Origin: Pirellulales bacterium
GTDB taxonomy: Bacteria > Planctomycetota > Planctomycetia > Pirellulales > PALSA-1355
Assembly (NCBI GenBank): GCA_963733035.1
Contig: CAVTBU010000005.1
Coordinates: forward strand, 1,792,001-1,856,000
DNA length: 64,000 bases
Direction: 5' to 3'
Part shown: positions 50,721 to 59,100 of the stretch, in pieces
Layout: every line of letters starts with the position of its first letter
Position numbering within the stretch: the stretch's first letter is position 1
Made by a program: the position numbers and the translations under genes
The notes under the pieces: model-generated
Seen by the model: only the letters and a program-made list of their open reading frames with translations
Database searches by the model: none
Told to the model about the DNA's origin: nothing

Positions 50721-50810
50721 TTCACATTCTCCTGGCAGGCCCTAGCGGATGAAGGCGGACGGAAGAACGTGGGCGGCTCAGTGCCACATTCCCGCGTCGG
50801 GCTTCAGTCG

Positions 50811-51302
50811 CTAGCCTCTGCGCACGGCACGTTCGATGTCGCGCTGCATCGACTTCTTTTTCAGCACCTCGCGTTTGTCGTACAGTTTGCGCCCCTTGCA
50901 AATACCCAGCAGTACCTTCGCGCGGCCTTCCTTGAAGTACATTTTCAGGGGCACCAGCGTCAGGCCCTGCTCGTAACCCTTGCTGGCGAATTTCTTGATC
51001 TCGCGGCGATGCAATAGTAGCTTGCGGGGGCGGCGGCGATCGTGGTTGAATTGGTTGGCCTCGGTATATTCGGCGATGTCGCAGCCCATCAGCCACACTT
51101 CGCCGTCCTTCATGCGACCGTAGGCCTCGTCGAGCGAAATGGTCCCCTTGCGCAGGCTCTTCACTTCGCTGCCCACCAGCACGATGCCGCACTCCAACGT
51201 GTCGATCACCTCGTACTCGTGGCGGGCTTTGCGATTTTGCGCGATCAGCCGCTCGTTATCATGCTCGCGGTCGACTGCGGGTTTTTTCTTGCTTTTCGCC
51301 AT
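50811..51302 (-). CDS. smpB: SsrA-binding protein SmpB
   Basis: NRKARHEY, ECGIVL.GSEVKSLR, R.RKLLLH..EI and GRKLYDKRE. Confidence 0.97.
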   Translation of the reverse strand: MAKSKKKPAVDREHDNERLIAQNRKARHEYEVIDTLECGIVLVGSEVKSLRKGTISLDEAYGRMKDGEVWLMGCDIAEYTEANQFNHDRRRPRKLLLHRREIKKFASKGYEQGLTLVPLKMYFKEGRAKVLLGICKGRKLYDKREVLKKKSMQRDIERAVRRG

Positions 51303-51442
51303 GTGGGAGGAGACGCCGACGACGGGAATCGGGTTCACCGCGGCTGGGGGCATCGACGAAACGTCGCCGCAGGCGGTATTATTTTATACACCATCGCCCC
51401 TGGTCGACGAATGGCCGTCTGGGGGCCAGTCGAGGAAAGAGC

Positions 51443-52331
51443 ATGAGCATCGAACTGCCCGTCATTTCGCTGGCCGAACCACCCGAGCGGTTGCCGCGCT
51501 GGTTGAAGAAGAACCTGCCGCTGGGTAACGGCAATCACTTTACGGCCCGGCTAATCGAAGAATTGCACCTGGAAACGGTGTGCGAGAGCGCTAAATGCCC
51601 GAATCGCATGGAGTGCTGGTCGCAACGGACAGCGACCTTCATGATCATGGGCGATACGTGCACCCGGCCCTGTGGTTTCTGTTCGGTGCACAAGGGTAAG
51701 ACGACGGCGTTGGAACTCGATGAACCGGAGCGCGTCGCCGAAGCCGCCCAGCGGTTGGGGCTCAAGCACGTGGTGATCACGTCGGTTACGCGCGACGATC
51801 TGCCCGACGGAGGTGCCGAGCATTTCTATCGCTCGGTGCTGTCTGTGCGTGAGCGAACGGGGGCCGTCGTCGAAGTGCTGACCCCCGACTTTATTGGCAA
51901 GCCGGGGGCCGTGGAGCGCGTGGTCGAAGCAGCTCCCGAGGTATTCAATCACAACACCGAAACGGTGCCTCGCCTGTATCGCGAGGTGCGTGGACGCAAA
52001 AGCGATTATCGCTGGACCCTTGAATTGCTCAAACGCGTGAAGCAGCTCAACGGCGCCATCAAGACCAAGAGTGGCCTGATGCTCGGCTTGGGCGAGACGC
52101 GAGAAGAGTTGTTCGACACGTTGGCGGATCTGCTGGAAGCCGGTTGCGACTTTCTCACGCTCGGCCAGTATCTGCGTCCCACGCCCCATCACCTGGCGGT
52201 GTCGCGCTATGTGCCCCCGGAAGAATTTGATGAGTTGGGCCGCGGCCCGGCAGATGGGTTTTGCGCAAGTGGCGAGCGGGCCGTTCGTGCGTTCGAGCTA
52301 CCATGCTCGGGAAATGGCCGAGGGGACGTAA
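51443..52331 (+). CDS. lipA: Lipoyl synthase with an apparent frameshift near 52244
   Basis: CESAKCPNRMEC, CTRPCGFC and TLGQYL. The conserved end ARQMGFAQVASGPFVRSSYHA* continues in another frame to TAA at 52329-52331. Confidence 0.93.
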
Positions 52332-52469
52332 AAAACCGCCGTGTTTTCCCGGCATTTTGCCCCGGGACCCGTGATGACCTAGTTTTGAGCATGGGAGCTG
52401 CCTTCTCGTTGGCTTCCTTCGGCATTCCGGGCGAACAAGTTCGCCACGCTCAAACGCGGAGGTTATTAC

Positions 52470-52781
52470 ATGGGTTGGGGACATTGGCTCCTGCTCGAAG
52501 ACGTTGGGAAACAGCACAACGTTTCGGAAACGATCGGCGAACTCGACATCCTGCAACAGCGACTGAACAAGACGGCCGCCTGCCAGGCTTCGGTCACCGA
52601 CGAACTGCGTCGGCTAACAGCCGAAAACAACGAGCTCAAGCTCTACACGGCCACCGTTTTCCGGCTGTTGCTCGACAAGCAGCTCGTCACCATGGAGGAG
52701 CTGGAATCGATGGTCAACGCCATCGACCGCGAAGACGGCGTCGAGGACGGGCGGCACCGCGGCCCCGTGCTGGCCAAGTAG
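52470..52781 (+). CDS. Hypothetical small coiled-coil protein
   Basis: Strong GGAGG RBS; 103 aa; L.AEN.ELKLY....RLL..K and ID.EDG..DG. Confidence 0.7.
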   Translation: MGWGHWLLLEDVGKQHNVSETIGELDILQQRLNKTAACQASVTDELRRLTAENNELKLYTATVFRLLLDKQLVTMEELESMVNAIDREDGVEDGRHRGPVLAK

Positions 52782-52817
52782 CCTTGTCCGTTGGCAGCGT
52801 AAATCTACACTTCGCGG

Positions 52818-54683
52818 CTACCGATCCTCGGCCTTGGCAAGTTCGAACGTGTCGAAGAGCCGGCCGTCGATGTCGTAGGCCTTGAAGACGATCGTGCGAT
52901 CGTGGATCGCCGCGTAGCAGTAGTGGAACGCCCGCTGGAAGTGCAGGTTGAACCAGGTCCGCTGCGGGGCCGCTTCTTCCAGGCCGCCGCCACCGCCGCC
53001 GCTGGTGATGTAGCGGACGCCCTGCTTGTGGTTGACGGCCATCTCGAAGATCGGCCAGGTCCGCTCGTAGTAGTGAATGTGGCCATTGAAGGCGATATCC
53101 ACGCCATGTTTTTCATAGAGCGGAATTAGCTTCTGAGCATCGACGTCGCCGTAGGTAAAGTTCTTGTCCTTGGCACCGCGCTCATGATCGCCGTAGTCGT
53201 TCTCCTCGGAGCTGAAGCAGGGGTGGTGATGGCACGTGAATTTCCAGGTGGCGGTTGAGGCCCCCAGTTCCTTGTCCAGCCATTCATATTGCGGTGAGCC
53301 CGGGTCGAGAGGCCGGTTGCTGTCGACCATGAAGAACTGGGCATTGCCGTATTTGAACGTGTAGTAATACTCCGGATCGGGCAGCGCGAAGTAGTCGTAG
53401 TACCAGTGCGAATCCTTTTCGTGGTTGCCGATCACCGGGAATGTGGGAACGTGCGACATCAGCCGTGAGCACGGTTCGAACAAATCCTTCACCCACTGGT
53501 GCTTGGCATAGCCGTCGTCGACGACGTCGCCGCAGTGCATCAAAAAGTCGGGCCGACGCGAATAGGCTCCGTCGGCGCACTTCCGCGTGACTTCCGGATT
53601 GCGTTGCGTATCGCCAATCACGGCGAACGCCCAGGCGCGGTCTGCGGCCGGCGCGGTTTGAAACGAGGAAAGCAGCCCGCGCACTTCGGCCCCCTTCTCG
53701 TTCGTGCAAGTGACGCGATAGAAATATCGCGTGCCGGTCTTCAGCCCGGTCAGCTTGACCGTGTTGATCAATTCCATGCCGTCCGACTCGGCGCCGTTTT
53801 CCAGCGGCTGCACCTCGGCATAGTCGACCCGCATCTTGGACGGCCGTGACGTCTCGCACATGACCTTTATTGAATCTTGCGTGGCGAACTGCAAGTAAGG
53901 CTGCACCACCAGCACCAGGTCCTTCTCGGGCGTCGGGTTCCAAGCGATCAGCTTGTCCCCTTTCTTGGCAACCGCGGCGATCTCTTCGGCCGCCAGTGTC
54001 CGGCCGTAGGCCTTCAGTTCGAACAAGGCGCCTTCCATCAAATCGTCGCCGCGACGGTCGAAGCGCGCCCCAATGACATACGGGGCATCGGCCGGATAAG
54101 CAATGTCGCCCGATTGCTCGAGGGACTCGGCCTCGGGCTTGCCGTTCACGTACAGCCGCATCGCGCTTCCATCGTAGGTTGCCACGACGAAGTACCAGCG
54201 TCCGCGCTCGATCTTGGTCTGGCTGAGCAAGTAGCCCACGCGGCGCGGCCCGCTAGGTTTCTCCGCCGCTAGAGCAAAGACGAAGGCACCGTGTCGAAAA
54301 CCCAACGTCCAGCCGCGGCCGCCGTCGTCATCTCCCCGGTAGCTGATGATCGTCCCCTGCTCCAGGTTGTCCTCCAACCGTACCCAGGCTGCGATCGACA
54401 TCTCCCGTTTCGGTAAATGCTGACGTGCCTCGTCGCTGTTTTGCGCCAGGGTCAGATACTCTTGTCCGCTGAACAGCAGCACTTCGGTTGGACCCGCGGT
54501 GGCGAAGCGGGGCGCGCCGTGAACTTGGGCCAACACCTGGTGCGAAACGTCCTGCCAGGCTCCGTTTTGGATCGGGTGCGTGCCAGCCGCAAAGTGGAAC
54601 AGCAGATCGTGTTCGACATGATCGGGGTGACCGAGCGCAGCGCCACCGAGCAAAAGGGTGGCGGATAGAGCCAAGGAAATCAT
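52818..54683 (-). CDS. Secreted metallophosphoesterase (LamG + FN3 + purple acid phosphatase-like)
   Basis: Signal peptide MISLALSATLL; LamG (W.FVVATYDG..MRLYVNG); GDTQ, GDVV, GNHE and GHIH.YER. Confidence 0.9.
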   Translation of the reverse strand: MISLALSATLLLGGAALGHPDHVEHDLLFHFAAGTHPIQNGAWQDVSHQVLAQVHGAPRFATAGPTEVLLFSGQEYLTLAQNSDEARQHLPKREMSIAAWVRLEDNLEQGTIISYRGDDDGGRGWTLGFRHGAFVFALAAEKPSGPRRVGYLLSQTKIERGRWYFVVATYDGSAMRLYVNGKPEAESLEQSGDIAYPADAPYVIGARFDRRGDDLMEGALFELKAYGRTLAAEEIAAVAKKGDKLIAWNPTPEKDLVLVVQPYLQFATQDSIKVMCETSRPSKMRVDYAEVQPLENGAESDGMELINTVKLTGLKTGTRYFYRVTCTNEKGAEVRGLLSSFQTAPAADRAWAFAVIGDTQRNPEVTRKCADGAYSRRPDFLMHCGDVVDDGYAKHQWVKDLFEPCSRLMSHVPTFPVIGNHEKDSHWYYDYFALPDPEYYYTFKYGNAQFFMVDSNRPLDPGSPQYEWLDKELGASTATWKFTCHHHPCFSSEENDYGDHERGAKDKNFTYGDVDAQKLIPLYEKHGVDIAFNGHIHYYERTWPIFEMAVNHKQGVRYITSGGGGGGLEEAAPQRTWFNLHFQRAFHYCYAAIHDRTIVFKAYDIDGRLFDTFELAKAEDR

Positions 54684-54946
54684 CGAGGAAACTCCGCGAG
54701 GTGGGACAATTGGCGGGCCTGAATACACTCCAGCAAACCCGGAACGTCGGCCAGAGTCAACCCGTCTCATGTCGTTGTCAGCAGACCGTTGGCGATTTTT
54801 CGCCTCGCTGAGCTCGGTGACTGGTTCCGTTGCTTGTCGGAGAGCAAGGGATTCGTCAACGAGATCATTGAAGAAGAGGTCGTGAATCATGACAGCGCGA
54901 GCGCGCGGAGCGAGCGCGCAGCGGCGCGCTGGCGAAGCAATAAAAA

Positions 54947-55326
54947 TGGTGCCGCTGGCCCGGTTGAGCCGGGATTGGACTCTGAAACGCTTGTTAAGGG
55001 TTAGTTGACCACTCCTCGACCATCGACCGAGAACAGCGGCACGCGGAACGGCCACCCGTTTTCGCTCAGGCGGTCGTTTCCAACCGTACGCCGTTCCCGC
55101 CGATCGGGACACGCCTGAGACTTGGGCAAAGCTCCCGCGGCACGACCTCCCACACCGCGCGCTATCTGCAGCTAGCGCTGGCGATCGGAGGAGCGTGGGT
55201 CGAGGACATAAGCGGCCGCGAAACGTTGTTCACGGAAATCACGTGCCGCTTGCGCCGGGGCTCAGACAAGCCGATCCTAACGCCCCGGGATTCACATCCT
55301 CGATAGCCACACAGGCCACCGGACTG
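54947..55326 (-). ncRNA. Candidate large structured non-coding RNA of unknown family
   Basis: About ten nested helices with strand-specific G-U pairs, a GAAA tetraloop, an upstream TTGAAA-N18-CACAAT promoter and a 3' ACCA followed by UUUUU. Ends are approximate. Confidence 0.6.
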
Positions 55327-55332
55327 CTCGCG

Positions 55333-55362
55333 ATTGTGCACCAGGTGCTGGCCCGATTTCAA
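55333..55362 (-). promoter_or_regulatory. Putative sigma70 promoter for the candidate ncRNA
   Basis: Minus strand TTGAAA (55362-55357), 18-nt spacer, CACAAT (55338-55333). Confidence 0.4.
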
Positions 55363-55462
55363 GCAGGCAAAATCGAAGAGGAAAGAACTGGGAACGGCCC
55401 ACGGATTTCTGCAAGCGAACCCGACGTACTGCGACTGCCGCCCCCACCCGCAATCCGCCGTT

Positions 55463-56114
55463 CTACTTCACCAGTTCCAGCGTGCCCCACAGGCTGGGAT
55501 CGGAGGCGAACGGGAATTCGCTGCCCAGACTGAAATACTGTTGGCCGAGCTCGCGATCGAACACGAAGTAAGTAAAGCCGATGCGCGGATGGTCGGCCGG
55601 GTTGAAGCCGGTCAGCGCGGCGGCGGGGATGAACAACGCCATCACGTAGCCACCCACGCGCCGTTCGAGCTTGATTTGCAATTGGCCAGGGCGCACCGGG
55701 TTGGCATTCTCGCGGGCGCGATCGACGAGCAGTTGGTCGGCGACGGGTTGTTCGTAGTTGCGGCCGGCGCCGCCCGGCAGGAAGACGAAACGGTGGCAAA
55801 AGCGGCTGGCGCGGTGGATGTTGTGGGTGTCGCGGGTATCGATCCAGACTTGCAGCGAGTCGCTGTCCTCGAGCTTTGTTTCGCGGCACCAGTTCGGATG
55901 TTTCTTCCCCTCGACGCGCACGCTGAAGCCCAGGCCGCCTTCGCTCCAGGCAGCGCGGACGTCGGCGATGGCGTTTTGTCCGTCCAGCTCGCCGAGCAAG
56001 GGCAGACGATAGGCCGGCTCCAGCTCGGCTGGGGCCCGCGCCGAGCGTGGGATCGTACAAGCAGGGGGCCGCGAAACGAAACAGAAAGCGGGTGGGCAAT
56101 AGTTGCGAGCTCAT
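55463..56114 (-). CDS. CBM9/DOMON-like domain protein with an apparent frameshift near 56033
   Basis: [14 protein letters not shown] (ATGA overlap with the uvrA stop) joins [50 protein letters not shown] across a GGGG run. Confidence 0.72.
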
Positions 56115-59100
56115 GCGAAGGCTCCGGCACGTTTCTTGCGATCCACGGTACTGGCCAGGTGTTCGGCGAGAAATTGCCGCAAGTCGCCGCGGTCGAGGTC
56201 TTCATGAGAGCGGAATTTCAGCCGCGCCAAGTCGCGGTCGGGGCCGCTTTGGAATTCGGGATCGAAACCCAGGTCCTTGATGCGCCCCAAGGCGAACTTT
56301 CCCTTGGGGCCGCCAAGCGTCAGATCGACCGAGGCGACACGCTTGGTATGGATGGTGGCCCAGGGCTCGTGCTGTCCTTTGACGAACAAATGCACGAGCT
56401 GCTGGTTGTTCCACAAAAACTGTGCGTCCGGCGCCGTTTCCTTGAGCATCTCGCAGAGTTCTTCCAGGACGTCCGCATCCCACTTGGGCGGCTTGCCGGG
56501 CGGGAACCCCTTGCGAGCGAAATGCCATTTCTGCCCCAACACTTTCCAGGGCATGATGTCCTCGGGATTTTGCCGCACGCGATTGGTAAACCTCTCGTAG
56601 CCTGCAATCGCGTCGTCGATGAACTGCCAGAACGCCGGCTTGTCGACTTCCGCCAGGGAGTGCACCTGCAGTTGAACTTCCTGGAACGGACCGCGCACGT
56701 TCTTGCACTTGACCCGCGGCTCGTTGCCATAGACCGGCAGCTCGGCTAACTGATTCAACGGCTCAAGCTGTAGCTGTTCGACAAGTTGTTCGCGTTTGAA
56801 CGTGTTCTTAGCCACGCGGAATTTGAGCTTCAGCAGCCATTCTTCGCCGGTGATGGCATGCAGGAACCAGCCTTCGCTCTTGATCTTCGAGGCAATCTCC
56901 ACGATCGTCCGCGCGTTCCAATTGACGGGCCCCAGAAATTCCGCCCGCTCAATGCGATCGACGATCTTTTCCAGAATGGCGCCATCCCAGCGACACGGTT
57001 GCCCCTTGCGCCCCACGCGATCGACGGTATGCCACCGCCGACCGTCGACTTCCCACGGCATGCGGGAATCCTTGCCCACCTCGTTGATGTCCAGGTCGCC
57101 CTGCCGCTCGGACTCCTCCGCCGCAAAATCATACGCGACCCGCTTGCGGCGCGGGCTTTCGGCGAGCGCTTGGGCGAGCACCTCGCCGGTGTGCGAGCGG
57201 AGCGCATCGGTGGCGGCAGCGGAAACGCGCACCGCGTGGGCCACCATATCCTCCGGCGTGCCACTGGCCACCACGTAGCCGCCACCGTCGCCGGCCTCGG
57301 GGCCCATGTCGATGACCCAGTCGGCCGTTTTGATCACGTCGAGATTATGCTCGATCACGACGACGCTGTTGCCCAGGTCAACCAGTCGATTGAGCACGTC
57401 GAGCAGCTTGGCGATATCTTCGAAATGCAAGCCCGTCGTCGGTTCGTCGAGCAGGTAGAGTGTGCGGCCGGTATCCGGACGCGCCAGTTCGGCCGCCAGC
57501 TTCACGCGCTGGGCTTCCCCACCGGAAAGGGTTGGCGCGGCCTGGCCAAGCGTCAGGTAATCGAGCCCCACGTCGCACAGGGTCTGTAGTATGCGGCGGA
57601 TCTTGGGGATATTCTCGAACAGCTTAACGGCCTTGCCGCACGACATATCGAGTACGTCGGCAATCGACTGGCCATGATAGGTGACGGCCAATGTCTCGGG
57701 GTCATAGCGCCGGCCGCGGCACGTTTCGCACTCGACCCACACGTCGGGCAGGAAGTGCATCTCGATACAAATCTGGCCGTTGCCTTCACAGGCCTCGCAG
57801 CGGCCACCCGGCACGTTGAAGCTAAATCGCCGCGGCGTGTAGCCCCGCACGCGGGCTTCCGGCAATTGAGAATAAAGGGTGCGGATCAACTCGAAGACGC
57901 CAGTGTAGGTGGCCGGGTTCGAGGTGGGCGTTTGCCCCAGCGGCTGTTGATCGACCCGAATCACCTTGTTGATCTGTTCGATGCCGCGGATTGCGTCGTG
58001 TTGTCCGGGCGCTGATGCTGGCGCGGTGCAACGTACGAGCGAGCGAGCTGTAGAGAACGTCTTCGACCAGCGAGCTCTTGCCGCTGCCGCTGACTCCGGT
58101 CACGACGGAGAAGCAGCCGAGCGGAATTTGCGCGGTCACGTTTCGCAGATTGTTATGCCGCGCGCGACGATCTCCAGCCAACCACCCGGCGCAGCGGGCA
58201 AGGCCTGGTTTGATTTGCTGGATGCCGGAGGGGAAGGGGGCAAAGTCGAGGGTGCCTCGCCCTTTGATTTCTTCCTGCGGGTTTTCTTTGCCGACACAAC
58301 TTCGCCATTGCCATCCGTCGCTTTGCCGGCCGCGCGCGACGGCATCCGCCGATTGCTCGGCACGGCGATCGCCTTTTTGTGGGACAGGTAGGGCCCAGTC
58401 ACCGAGCCGCGTTTACGCGCCACCTGGGCCGGCGTGCCACGAGCCACGATCTCGCCGCCGCCGTCACCCGCGGCGGGTCCAAAGTCGAGCAGTTGGTCCG
58501 CCGCGGCCACGACCTCCCTGTCGTGTTCCACCACGAGCAGGGTATTGCCCAGGTCGCGAAGCTTTTCGAGGGCTCCGAGCAATCGGCGATTGTCGCGCGG
58601 GTGCAAACCGATCGTGGGCTCATCGAGCACATACAGCACGCCGCACAAGCCGCTGCCGACCTGGCTGGCCAGGCGGATGCGCTGGGCCTCGCCACCGGAG
58701 AGCGTCGGGGCCGGGCGGCCGAGCGTCAAATACTCCAACCCCACGTCAACCAGAAAGCGCAATCGGTTGGCCACTTCGCGCACCAGTTCGCCGGCGATCT
58801 TCCGCTGGCGTGCGTCGAGCTTCCAGGCGTCGAACTGTTCGGCCAGGTCGGCCAAAGGCATCCGACACCAGGCGTCGATGGTCCGCTCACGTAGCCGCAC
58901 GGCCGAAGCGTCGTCGCGCAAGCGGCTGCCGCCGCATGTCGAGCACTCCACTTCGCCGATCAGACTTTCCCATTTGCTGCGCAACGCCGGCGACAGCCGT
59001 GACGCCTCTTCCAACCCCGGATAGAGCCCCTTGAATTGAAACCGCAGCAGCGGTCGATCGGTTTTACGGCGCGCTGTCGGTGGATAGACGTCGATCCACT

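Noticed and set aside
51443..52885. 480-aa LipA fusion as shown in the ORF track
   Set aside because: Artefact of the frameshift. The true C-terminus ends at 52331 and a separate gene occupies 52470-52781.
54947..55040. tRNA-Sec or a canonical tRNA (94 nt)
   Set aside because: No anticodon arm with UCA or a 7-nt loop, and the T-loop is non-canonical.
54684..55112. N-terminal extension of the phosphoesterase ORF, or a small ORF MIHDLFF (from 54890)
   Set aside because: The signal peptide starts at 54683 and the extension overlaps the structured RNA. No recognisable motif, although a small peptide cannot be excluded.
55043..55120. HDV-like or hammerhead ribozyme, or ZTP riboswitch
   Set aside because: Two 8-bp complementarities allow a pseudoknot, but the catalytic or ligand-binding consensus nucleotides are missing and a nested fold explains the region.
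54947..55326. tmRNA (ssrA), given the CCA end and nearby smpB
   Set aside because: No 5' GGGG acceptor strand, no G3-U pair and no UUCRA T-loop. A tag-like frame (EQRFAAA) is followed by TAT, not a stop.
54948..55355. 9-bp direct repeat GCTGGCCCG flanking the structured element, as a target-site duplication
   Set aside because: Short and GC-rich, one copy lies within the RNA's own 3' stem, and there is no transposase or terminal inverted repeat.
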